DNA of 57,860 bases, filler included, from Sphacelaria rigidula (taxonomy: Eukaryota), in assembly GCA_964200075.2 (NCBI GenBank). It is 6 parts of 6 records of this genome, joined end to end, with 100 filler letters (N's around TTAATTAATTAA, not from the genome) between each part and the next. Parts side by side here need not be neighbours in the genome. Positions count along the whole stretch, not along the records: positions 28,984 to 38,543 come from CAXNAA020008222.1; positions 38,644 to 48,202 come from CAXNAA020008223.1; 4 more parts are not named here. One strand, 5' to 3'. The notes under the pieces were generated by a model. The model was given only the letters and a program-made list of their open reading frames with translations, searched no databases and was not told the DNA's origin. The translations under genes and the position numbers were made by a program. Within the stretch, counting starts at the first letter, position 1. Each line of letters begins with the position of its first letter. Positions 36,444 through 47,621 of the stretch are shown here, piece by piece.

Positions 36444-38543
36444 CCGACTTTAGTCCCGCCACGCCCCGTTGGTTAGACTATTGACAGTACACCACAGCAC
36501 ACACCAGTTCGGGTGCACCTCGTAATTCGAATGTGGACGGTTACGATTGATGTTTTTGTCCCCATTTTGCTGGTGACCTGATTACAATTCCGTTCTTGAA
36601 AGCGTGAACACGTGGGTAGCATGTGAACATCAAACATCCGATCAAAGTGGACAGGCTGCGAGCGCGGTCATTGTCCACCACCCATCATCCCATGCTCGAT
36701 AATATGATGATACTTGGATAATATTATGTCAGAAAAAATACCGGGGGGGAAATGGGCAAGTGTAGTGTAAGTGTCATGTTGATATAATCCTGTGAGGGTG
36801 CGGACTCGTTCAGAGGATAGGAGAGGAAGGGGATGGCTTGAAATTGTCCCAAATGACAAGAGAAAGAGGGTGCCCTGAAAGAATGCTCTTGTACATCGGT
36901 AATGCAGATCGCACGCATTGCTGGTGATATGCGATAAATAAATAATCATTCTGGCCGGTCGTGCGCACTTACTGAGTTCTTTTCAAGAGACATGAAAATG
37001 AGATGCCAAATCACATGGGGCATTTTTTGTGTTGTGGTATTTTTGTCCGAACTTGCTTCGTGCTTTTGCTGCTGATGCCCGCCACCATTCCCAAATGTTA
37101 CATTCCTAAACGTTACATTCCTAAACGTTACAGGTGTATGATCAATCGGGCTGCTCGATCGAGGCGAAATTGTTCCGGAATTCGGTTGAAGGCGCAAGGC
37201 AGCGGTTTTGAGTTTGATTTTTTTTTCCCTCCCTTGTGTAAGTTTCGTTAGATACGAACTTGAGCGACAAACGCGAAACAATTTTTGCTTATCTGTTTTC
37301 TGATCTTTTCTGGAAATAACGCACTATCTCCGTGTGCACTTTTTTTATGCAAATCGTCTTCAAGTATTATGATGGTGCCGAATGCGTGGCGCACGGCAGT
37401 GGCGACTTGATACGTTATGTTGGGGATTTACATGTTCGGGATAGAAGTCCATCCGTATCGTGTTGATCCCCGCGGGTGACGCGTTTGTGTGTGCTTGAGG
37501 GGAGAGTTATGAGCAGTGAGGCAGGAGGTGATGGTGATACTCGTATACAGCAATGCTTCGAGAAGCTTGTTCATCGTGACGTGCGTGTTGCAGACGACGA
37601 ATGTTTTGAACCACATCGCGCGCTCAGTCTCTCCACTAGATCCCCGTATTGACCGCAGGCAAGCGAACAAATCGACCGCCACCATCTACAGTTTATTTGA
37701 TGGATGTACAAACGATTGAACAGAGAAAACAGAACCTCCGACTCTACGACTGAGTTGGAGTATCATCTTCAGCCCAACAACCCAAGGGGTGAAAGCGTTT
37801 TCTCGCTTCCCTAGTAGTGTGAGATGGGTGCCTTGAGGGCGCCCCCAGAAACCCTCGCTGGGGATCGCACTCAACGGCTCATGGACAAAACTTACGATGT
37901 TGCAATTTTGCGCCCGCCAATGTATAGCGGTCACGAAAGTTTCCTCCCATGGGACAAAAATGAAGTGTGTCACACGCCCCGACCTCCCCTCGCATGTTTT
38001 GACCGATAAGACGCAGCCGACAGTCGACAGTTTTTTCTTCCTCCTGTACATACATGTACTGTTATACTACTGAAGTAACATACCAGTATTCTAGTGTATG
38101 TACGCAGCACAGAACAAGGAAGGGAATATGGGTGATCATGATTACAGAATGCTCAGCACGAATGCAAAGTTCAGGGCCATCTACAGCACCGACTCTGGCC
38201 TGTACTCTTTCGACCTTTCACGCGCGAGAACCAATTCCAATTTCACGAGGTGAATTTGGTTTCTGTTCCGGGTAAAAGTTTGACAAACCGGTTTTTTGCG
38301 ATATGATTTTTTCGACTCGAATTTTGCGACTTTTGCTTTGCTAGATTTTTCTACTTGAAAGCCCCCATTGATTTCGGTTTTTTGGTAGTCGACTGGGTTT
38401 TGTGCGACGTGAGTTGACGCAGTGCGGGAGTGCTGATCCAATCCGCGAGATCAAAATGAAAGGCACGTACCGGGGGAGAGATGGGTTGATCCCTTGAGAC
38501 CATGGACTCATCCCGAGGAACGGCAGGGGTTCAAAGTATGTGG

Positions 38544-38643
38544 NNNNNNNNNNNNNNNNNNNNNNNNNNNNNNNNNNNNNNNNNNNNTTAATTAATTAAN
38601 NNNNNNNNNNNNNNNNNNNNNNNNNNNNNNNNNNNNNNNNNNN
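38544..38643. other. Artificial contig linker
   Basis: N44-TTAATTAATTAA-N44. Confidence 0.98.
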
Positions 38644-38844
38644 CTCCTTGCACTCTGTGACCACGGGTTCGAGAGATCGAGCTAATGTGACGGATATAAT
38701 AATATAATAATAATAATGTCTGTGTCTGTGTCTGTCTGCCTCTGTCTGTCTCTGTCCCTGCCTCTCTTCCTCTCTCTCTGCCAATTGGCTGTCTCTCGAT
38801 GTATCGATTGTATCGCCGACAAATCGATCATCCACACAAAGCAG

Positions 38845-38961
38845 GCGGCGCATTGGTCGGTCATCTGCCAAGCGATGGAGGGCCATGTGCGGCGTTCTTT
38901 GGCCCACGGCTGGTCGCTGCCGAGGCTCAAGCCCCTAACCGACGCCGACATGAGCATGCAG
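38845..38961 (+). CDS. MSH1: MSH1 (MutS-GIY-YIG), first exon visible in this piece
   Basis: agcag / gtcagg boundaries; ..AMEGHVRRSLAHGWSLPRL.. resembles the H-x7-WxxP segment preceding the MSH1 ATPase; phase 0 to the next exon. Confidence 0.8.
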
Positions 38962-39696
38962 GTCAGGTCGCAGCTTTTGTTTCCTTTGTTTTTTTGCTAC
39001 ACCAGGAAGTCGGAGGCCGTGGCTTCCCACCATGTGTACGTATGTATTCATACATATGTATGCACGCATGAAATTCACCTGCGAAAACTGGCGGCGCACC
39101 GATTACCCCTCGAGGAGGCCATTCACTGACTCTTTTTTTTGTGTACCTACTCAATTATGCAACGGAAAAATGAAAGTTTTAAAAACTAACAGCTGGATGA
39201 GCCAAGCGTGAGCTGCTTTTGGTATGCGCTTTCTTTCTGTCATGTATGTATGTCTACAATTCCAGACAGATGATAAGATACGCCATGCATACATGTATAT
39301 ATATATTATGTATATCCAAAAGTCATGTGTGTATACATACATCTCCAGATAGTATATTTTTTTGCTTTTCACTGTTGCAAACTAATGGTGCTAAATCTGG
39401 TGGCTTCATTTTTCATTTTTTCTCTCTCCAGTAACTTAGCCGCGAAAGTGATCATTTTGTTGTCAAATCGGCATCGCCATTTATTCGTTCTCTTCTCCAA
39501 CGAATAGAACCAGGCATAAATACCGCACTGGTTGGTTTAATCGCGGTAAAAATAAAATCAAAAGAAAAACGGAATAAACGTTTCACACTCCTCGTTCGTT
39601 CATTTTTATTTTCGTTGCCGTTTTGATAGTTATATTTAGAGTAATAGTTATTTTCATTTTATATCATTGCTTCTATTTTTTTTCTCCTTTCATCAG

Positions 39697-39887
39697 GTGC
39701 AAAACCTGGTGCCGTATTGGCTACCTCGAGAGAACGCTGTACCCAACTCCTTTGACTTTCGCGGTCTATTTCTGCTGACGGCGCCGAACATGAGCGGGAA
39801 GAGTACGCTCATGAGGGCCGTGCTTGCTTGCTCCCTCTTGGGCAACGCCGGCCTGTTCACGCCCTGTACCTCCGCCGTCATTCCAAG
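39697..39887 (+). CDS. MSH1: MSH1 exon, Walker A
   Basis: atcag / gtggga boundaries; LVPYW...LFLLTAPNMSGKSTLMR..LLGNAGL. Confidence 0.95.
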
Positions 39888-40475
39888 GTGGGAACAGGAG
39901 ACGTCGGCTGGCCGTTTTTTTTTTTCCCTCCGAGATAATAAGTTTATCTCTACACAAATACCAGGTATAGGAGTACAGTGCTCTCTATCTGACGTTGTTT
40001 TTATCGCTGACATCAGCTGCGACACCACAGAGAGGAGAAAACATACCCCTCAAATTCCAGATACATGTAAATGTGACGGAATAGTATTGCATTTTGCGTT
40101 TGCTACTGTTATGTTTCAATTCAGTTGCACTTCTCTTAGTGCAGTTCGCAGGTGTGTTTAGTAGTACTGATATTGACTGATGACCTGCACAAAACGAGAA
40201 ACGACATTACTGTATCTGACCGCGGGTCTGGGTGATTGCCTTCACGATATCGTCAACGAAGAAACAAGGATATCAGCATACACTTACATGAAACATACAA
40301 ATCGTCATACGCGTCATGCATTCACGCAACAAGACCTAGCCGTGAGGTCTTGTGGCTCGCGACCTTGCTCCCGGTGTGTGTTTTTGCAAAGGCAGCGCCG
40401 AGGCAAAGAAGAAAAATGACAGAGTATGACCGCGGGTCCTAGTGATATGCACTCACACTTTCAAAAGCGTGCTTC

Positions 40476-40864
40476 TGTGGGAACCACCACATAGAAGGGA
40501 CAAATTCCCACGAGTGTCTGCTGAGGAAGCACCTTTCACATTGGCGATACCATGAGATAGCTCGTACACTTCTTGAATGGAAGGTCCCGGGTTCAAATCC
40601 TGGGTCGCACCAAGTGTGGTGGTAGCCAAAAAAATGGCGTATATCCTCTGTAGCACGGAATAATCTCTGCCGATTGTTGTTTTGGCGACGTGACACACGT
40701 GGAATAAATGCGAACTAAAAAGCAAGATTCCAACCCCTAGCCGGCGAAGAACGATAGTCCTACAAAACCTCCAAGAAGTTCATGAAAGGAGGTGGTGACG
40801 TGGAAACTCCCACATAGAAGGGACCAATTCCCACAGGTGTCTTGTCAAGGAATCACCTTTCACA
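40476..40864 (+). mobile_element. TRIM-like miniature LTR element (family D), intronic
   Basis: 65/66-bp direct repeats TGTGG...TTCACA (40476-40540, 40799-40864), PBS-like TGGCGAT, purine-rich tract before the 3' repeat, flanks CTTC/CTTG. Confidence 0.8.
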
Positions 40865-40899
40865 CTTGACTGTATTTGTGATGCGGCAATTGTGAACAG

Positions 40900-41058
40900 A
40901 TACGACGGTTTCTTCCTAAGGACAGCGAGCTATGACATCCCTGCCGAAGACAAGAGCGCGTTCGCTTTGGAAATGGACGACGTACGGGTGATGCTAAGAG
41001 ACTCTTCGCGGCGTTCGCTAGCCCTTGTGGACGAGCTCGGCAAGGGTACTTCGGCCAG
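40900..41058 (+). CDS. MSH1: MSH1 exon, Walker B
   Basis: aacag / gtgaca boundaries; YDGFFLRTASYDIPAEDKSAFALEM...SLALVDELGKGTS. This exon is not called in the ORF track. Confidence 0.95.
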
Positions 41059-41630
41059 GTGACATACCTACCCGTACATTGTACATTGCAGCGTATTTTA
41101 TCACATTTTTCTTCCTCTACTTTGATAAGGAAGAGCAAATCATTGTTGCATTGTCATGCCCAATGTTTTCGTTTTCGTCTACAATTGTATCGTTTTTTTT
41201 TTTCTTCTTTTTAAAACCATGAATCGGAAGAAGAGTCTCGTCTTCAGACGCCTTACGTACAAGGCACCAGTATCGACAAAGTGGGTAGTGTGCTCAAGAA
41301 AACGCGTGTGTACCCTGCGAATTTCGCAAATTTGTTGTTTTGATTTCCTTCCTCCCCAGTTTATTGTACAGTGGGGTCAGCAATGTCTTGTTGCGACAAA
41401 TTCGGCTGACATTTCCGGGTCATGATTGACGCATTGTCACCATCGTCATGATGACCACTCCGCGAGAACAGATGGAGGGAAGGTCCAGGGAAAGTAGAGA
41501 TCTACGTTGGCGTTCTAAGCCACTTGTGGATAGCTACTACAAGCCAACTCTGCCGAGTTACCTGACGGGTTGCGGCTGTGCCAAGCACCATGCCGCTTCG
41601 GTTCTTCCTGGGGGAAGTCAGGGGGGGGCA

Positions 41631-41674
41631 CACTCATTTTATTGCCTGCCTTAGTCGTTTGACCATTGACAATC
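41631..41674 (-). mobile_element. Extremely 5'-truncated LINE 3' end with a degenerate ~19-bp TSD
   Basis: ggggaagtcaggggggggc [cactcattttattgcctgccttagtcgtttgaccattgac] ggagaagtcgggggaggggc. Confidence 0.7.
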
Positions 41675-42378
41675 GGAGAAGTCGGGGGAGGGGCTGGCGG
41701 GGGGGCGGGGGGACAGTGCGTTGCTGATGGTAAGATGAACCCGTACCAACACTGTATTTACAGCGAACATGAGAAAGGAAGTGAAGTCGAGATAGATGCA
41801 CCTACTGTATCGTTGCGCCCTGAGAAAGTATTGCGCATCACTTTACCTCAAAAATGGTGGAAAATCACGAAACCATTTGCCATTTCTCCTGGTCATGATC
41901 TTCACAGAACACAGCGATGTTCTTTTTGAAAACCCCATTACATGACCCTACTCATCCCTTCCACGTGAGAATATTTGTATTGTAAATAGTGTCCTATCGA
42001 CGATCCCTGGTCTACAGTCTAAGACCGACGACATGGCTAACACGAATACCTGGAAAGGCTTTGACTATCATGAGAGAAGAAAATATATGGCAGAGGTACG
42101 AGCACGTTACCCAAGCTACTGCAGCCGCTTTTCATCGCTCGTGAAAAACATGCGCACCAGAAAAGATAAGGGACACTGCTGGTTCCCCTTGAGAAGAGCT
42201 TCGGACGGAGCTGTACTTGGGAAGCCAACCAACCGATACACGCCATCCCCTCCCCAGCAAAAACGATAGCATAATAGGTTAAGTCATCATACACTACCGC
42301 GCAAAAAAACATCCGAACGGAGTAAAAGCCCATGAATACTCTCCCCCGCACACCACGCCGTGCTACGTCATGGAGCAG

Positions 42379-42523
42379 GGATGGGGCTGCATTAGCGGGC
42401 GCTCTGTTGGAGGAGATGGACAGGGTGTCCATCAGTGGCATTTTTGCCACACACCTGCACGAGCTCTTCGACCTACCGCTCAACACCAAAACCCTCTCCT
42501 GCAAGCGTATGGGCATCGATTGG
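42379..42523 (+). CDS. MSH1: MSH1 exon
   Basis: agcag / gtgagt boundaries; DGAALAGALLE...GIFATHLHELFDLPL..KRMG. Confidence 0.95.
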
Positions 42524-42972
42524 GTGAGTCGCAAGAGGCTGACTGACGGCATATTACGCTGCTAGCGTCGACGTTTTCAAAGTCTGTTTCTTCTCGCCGG
42601 TAGGGCCCGGCCCATCGCAGGAGTACTGTACGAACCACTTTTGCATCGCGCGTGTGTGTGTGTGCGCGCGTGCGCGCGTGTGTGTGTCGAGAACCTTTTG
42701 CCCAAACTTGCGCAAAGATGCTTGCTCGCCTTCTTGATTTGTGCTCTGCTGTGCTTCGTGTGGCGTGGGTGAGGGCAGTCGCTTGTTCTTGTTGATGGCC
42801 GTGCTGTTGCTGCTGCTGCTGGATTAGTTGTTTCCGCAATGCCGTCATGTCTGTGATTGTGTTTTTTGCGGATGTGTTCTGATTAGGGAATCGATTCCAC
42901 CACGTCTCGTTATCGTTTTGTGTTCCTCATGGTGCAAATGTTACTGTTGTGCTGCCAATGCTCATCTCACAG

Positions 42973-43044
42973 ACCGACGCCGACAACCCGAAGTGGACGT
43001 ACACTATGGAAGATGGCAAGTGCACCAACTCCCTCGCGCTGCAG
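42973..43044 (+). CDS. MSH1: MSH1 exon
   Basis: cacag / gtgaat boundaries; PKWTYTMEDGKCTNSLALQ. Confidence 0.92.
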
Positions 43045-43532
43045 GTGAATATGGAGGAGAACGCGGTCGTGGTCCTTCTGCGCACATTTTAATAATCCCT
43101 GAGATCGTATCATCTGTTTTGTTGTTTTTACGTTTTTTCGTGAAAGCATCATGTTCCAGTCCCTTGATGCAGATCGAACACTTTCCTCAAAAAACGTTTC
43201 TTGGTACGCGTGTATTGCCACGGCAAACTTACGCGATAAGCGGACGTATAAAGGTGTATATAATATAGGAATAATATATATTATGGTCTACCCAGCGGCA
43301 AAGCGTATTTTATATCAGTCAACATAATTGTAGTTTTAGTCAGATCCACTGAAGCCCACTGACAGCAAAAATGATGCATACTTAGGAAACTTATCACTAT
43401 ACATTGGTTCCAGACTGACATAAAAAGATATACCAACGGTAAGTGCACTTCCAAATCGTGTTCCCACTTTGTCGTGGGTTTTCCCCGCCTCCCCTCCTTC
43501 ATAACTTGGTGCTGTTTTGTTGTTTTGATTAG

Positions 43533-43853
43533 ACGGCCAGACGATACAACATACCGGACAGCATCATCAAGAGGGCGGAGGGCCTGAGCGTAGCCTTCGA
43601 TCGAATATGCAGGGGCATGACTAGCGATACCGCGGCCGCCGAGGGAATGGCAGATGCTGCTACCTCGATAGGTGCGGCAGCGGGTGGGGCAGCGGTGGCG
43701 AGGGGGCGTTGGCCGGGGGCTTTTAGACCATCGAGAGATGAAGCAGCGGCGGTGGCGTCAACTGAAACGCGAGAAGTGCAGTGGTGGCCGAGTCATGGGA
43801 AGGGATGGGGGGAAGGCCCGGGGCGGGCTAGGAAGATGGAAGATGCTGCGCGG
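43533..43853 (+). CDS. MSH1: MSH1 exon (helix-turn-helix and linker)
   Basis: attag / gtgaga boundaries; TARRYNIPDSIIKRAEGL then an Ala/Gly-rich linker. Confidence 0.9.
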
Positions 43854-44162
43854 GTGAGAATCTGGAGATGTCCTACAAGTACTTCATGTTTGTACAGCTG
43901 CACAAATAACTCGGCACAGTGAAGTCATAACCGACCCGCTAGCAAGGATCGCGTCAGTGAGAAACTCAAGTTAAAATTTTGGGGTTACGAAAAAGAAATT
44001 GGGCTCATCTGTAGAGCCCATCTAGTTTCCATGTGGTAGCGGATGGAAGATACTCACATTTCGATGTTGTGAGTGAGGCTGAGAGATTAAGGTTGCACCT
44101 GGGCCCGAAACCGAAGCCATGCTTTTGATGCGCGAGCGGGCCCAGTAGTGCACGGCGCGCGT

Positions 44163-44742
44163 GGGGGAGGGGGGCGGTATACTCATGATTTTGCATGCTA
44201 TAGCCATATGACCATTGATCTCGCATCCCTACAAAGCCGGGATGGAGCACGCCAGGTTTTCGCCGGACCAGGCTCGCAATCAATCACCAAGCGCGAGGCG
44301 CCGTGGTGTGCTCGGCGAGTCGCATGAAGGGTGAGCTGCATCCTGCTAAGATTGTTCCCCCCGAAGCGTACTGATTATCTTGTAATTGCATGACGGCCTC
44401 CAGTGAGTTGCTTCATTTTTGTAGTATCACCACTTCCAGAGACAGCCATGGCTTATACGCTGCCTCATGGGTATCTCACCATGTAAACACTGCGTAGTGC
44501 GATCATCTCTTTTCCACGGAGTTGAGGTTTCCCCACCCAGCACAACATGATCTAGCTCGACTCACATCATGTTTACCGCAAAATGAACGCAAGCGCGCAA
44601 AAACATCAGTAAGCTGGTTGCCTAGCTTACGCAGTGAGTGGCGTGTTTTCCAGAGTCATCGCCAACCGACGCCAACCCCATAGGGGGGTCCGCCCCTACA
44701 AAGCCGGAACGGAGCACGCCGGGTTTTCACGGGACCAGACTA
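44163..44742 (-). mobile_element. Family A full-length copy (intronic)
   Basis: G tract + tactcatg... + direct repeat 44227-44274 / 44694-44741, ending gaccagacta. Confidence 0.92.
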
Positions 44743-45694
44743 CTAGGGGCGGCGCGGACAGGAGGGGCGCAACATTGTTTTGCACCCAGCGTTTGTTTTG
44801 TTTCCGTCACACCTTCAACACCTCTCCTTCCTCGAAACGATTGCGTGCCTTGAAGGGTCAAGCCACCTCTCCCCCGGCAAACGCCTCGCAATTATGTATC
44901 GCTGTACGTCAAGCCACCTCTCCCCCGGCAAATGACCAATAGTCCCGTACAGCGTTGATTCTCGCCAAGTGAGCTCGTTTTGCTACTTACTGACGCTCTC
45001 ATGTTTTTAGCGACAGAAATGATATACACTTCATGAAGAAAGTACTAAATGTCCGCCGGGGAGTTAACCCGCATTTTCCGACCTATTCACTTCGGTCGTA
45101 CCGTGAGACCACGAGGGCGCGGCGACTAGTATGGAATGCCGAATCCTGTCTTCGTTTTTTGTGGAGGTCTTGGTTGGAATGCAGTTTTATGTTTTTGCAG
45201 TTGGAGCGTGTTCATTGCGATGGTTTGATCATTTTGTGCATGAAAAGTCACGTGTTTTCGAAAAGTGAACGTATTCCTACGACAAACAAAAATTGGGCTG
45301 TCTCACAGTGCCGCGGTGCATATGCAGTGAGGTCGGTGCCCATCGAGGTCTATGGTGTGGCTCTGCAAACACCATCACTTGAACGCACGAGGTCGTGTGG
45401 CACCTATAAAATTTGTCCGACAAGTAGCAGCTCGTGCTGAGCGAGCATCAGGATCCTCAGCACTCGCTGTGTGTTGGGTGTCCTCGGTCATGTGTGGGGG
45501 TTGCCCCTTGATCACTTCGTGGCGGGATGCTTCACAGAAAAGTTGGGTAAACTCAGCCAAGCATATTTTCGAGTATCCCTCCATCATCATCACCCTAACC
45601 GCCAACCTTCGCTCGCCCTCGTTCTAACCCCTCCCCCGTCTTGCGCTCATGAACGCCGATTCTCGCAACATGAACCCACACGCAAAAATTGTAG

Positions 45695-46285
45695 GTGGTC
45701 TGCTCCATAACCGGCTGCGGGGAAAAAGATATCGCCTTTGTTCCATCGGGTTACGGCACCCCCCCGGCTCTCGAAGGTCGCTCCTGCCTTTACGTCCTGC
45801 GGTACTCGGCGTCCGTAGCACCACGGCCCGATCCCCAGAACGATCCCTGTAACGATATGCGAAATGATCCGCCGTTCGGCCGCCAAGGGGTGGCATCAGC
45901 GGCGGCTGCATCACCCTCAGGAGAGCAAGGGGGTAGGAGATGGCGGCTGGTGGATGACAACAGCAATCTTGATAGTCAGCGGTTAGCGGAGAGCGGGCGG
46001 CAATGGGAGGAAGGAGGAGTGTGGTTCTACGTGGGAGAGAGCGAAGCCATTCGGACGAGATTGGCGCAGCACCGCAGCAGATGGGCTGTGTCCTCCACGG
46101 CGGCGGGAAATATAGCAGGCAGGGGTGGTGTGGCTGGAAAGGGCAAGCTTGATGCAATCGTGTTGCCTGTGGAGAACAAGAGCAGCGCGCGACGGTTCGA
46201 GGCGTCGCTGATTCGAGCTATGAAGGAGGAAGGTTTTCACCTCATTTCAGACAAGGATGGGTCTCGTGTCAATCTGTCGCCTTGA
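45695..46285 (+). CDS. MSH1: MSH1 terminal exon, GIY-YIG endonuclease domain
   Basis: tgtag acceptor, TGA stop; PPALEGRSCLYVL...FYVGES..IRTRLAQHR...NKSSARRFEASLI...GFHLISDKDG. Confidence 0.93.
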   Translation: MVCSITGCGEKDIAFVPSGYGTPPALEGRSCLYVLRYSASVAPRPDPQNDPCNDMRNDPPFGRQGVASAAAASPSGEQGGRRWRLVDDNSNLDSQRLAESGRQWEEGGVWFYVGESEAIRTRLAQHRSRWAVSSTAAGNIAGRGGVAGKGKLDAIVLPVENKSSARRFEASLIRAMKEEGFHLISDKDGSRVNLSP

Positions 46286-47459
46286 TTTGACAATGAACTG
46301 TTTCGATGTGACGCTTGTTTATTCTCGTCGTGGCACATTTTTCTTAGATTTGCCCTCAGCTGTGGTCCCACTTGACTGGTTTCAATGTAACCGTACTTCC
46401 CCTTCTCCCTGCTCATCGTCGTGAAGATTGTACATGTGTATTTTTTGTCTTGTTTTTCTAAGTTGGTGGGGAGTTTTGAGGCGTGACTGTTTTCTATTGC
46501 GTCTTTTGTGGTCGGGCTATACCATTGGTATCGGTTGCTGAAAATTCCTGCTCTCATGTGTTACGTGCGTGAATCATTTACGAAACTTGTGCGGACATTA
46601 GGTCGTCCGCCAATATCGAGTACAGTATAGAGTATACAAATGAGTGGCGTAATCGTAGAATGTCAAATGGTTTGTTGTAAAATTAAACCATCTCTTGGAA
46701 CCGCCGCATGCTCTCTCGCAGAGTTGGTTAAGCGGTGGTGAGCAACCTAAGTTATGTGTTCTGAAAATACATCGATACCAGTGTTTTCCGCCATTCATTC
46801 AACTTTTGTGAGACAAAATGAGCTATGCCATCGCTTGGGAAACCGTGGTCGATGGTTTGAGCCGATGAGTGTCGTCTCGACATAAAGCATGAATATAATG
46901 AAGCAATGTCCATGAACGAAGTATGACAAATTTGAACGAGTACGTGGTGAAGAACTGTAGGTTAGACGGGCGTGCGGTGTGAGCATACCGAGCACAGGGT
47001 GTGTCCTCTCCATATGTGGCCGCAGATCCGTAGTAGTGTCGGTTCCGCTATGCCTTCTGCCCGAGATTGTGCACGTGAAGGATCACCGGGCAGCTCCTGG
47101 CATGTTCGCTCGCTGTGCATCTCGGTAAGGTACAGCAACTACAGTAGTGTTTTTGCATCACACGATTGTATATAGATCCCGATTTCTGCAGATTAATGTG
47201 CATGTTGGAGGCGGGTAGTGATTTGGGGCACAGTTACCTGCAGGTTTTGGTTGTACAGAAGACGTTCTACTCGCAGCCTGCCCCGTGTGCCCCACACCCA
47301 AATGCTGACTGATGACGGCACACAGAAGCCTTCAATGGAGGATACAAAGAGAGACAACGCCACCGTCTCTCTCTTGGGTTGGCACCGCCGCGCTAATCCC
47401 ACTTGCCGCTGGAACAAAATAATCTCTCCCTATTCTGTTCGCACGCTTTTAATGGAAAC

Positions 47460-47460
<1 letters not shown>

Positions 47461-47502
<42 letters not shown>
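47461..47502. repeat. (AC)n microsatellite
   Basis: Direct reading. Confidence 0.95.
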
Positions 47503-47508
<6 letters not shown>

Positions 47509-47621
47509 CTTCGACGATGTCTTGGTCGAATGTCTTGGTCGACCCAGAGTTACTCACCTGAAAGTGACCGGCAGCCATCTGCGAATTTCAATTTCGGACC
47601 TGTTCCGAATACGAGGATTCG

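Noticed and set aside
37594-37719. Terminal exon of the OMA1-like gene
   Set aside because: A ttgcag acceptor exists, but the phase-compatible frame has no recognisable similarity; not supportable.
40542-40612. Functional tRNA gene
   Set aside because: Only the T-arm is convincing; the D and anticodon arms do not fold, and it lies inside a repeated TRIM-like element. Box-B motifs at 14201, 30483 and 33581 also lack cloverleafs.
29354-46285. OMA1-like peptidase next to MSH1 as an organelle-maintenance gene cluster
   Set aside because: They lie on different size-sorted contigs separated by a synthetic linker.
45695-46285. Stand-alone GIY-YIG homing endonuclease or Penelope element
   Set aside because: It has a phase-0 splice acceptor matching the upstream MutS exon and MSH1-type flanking motifs; no RT is nearby.
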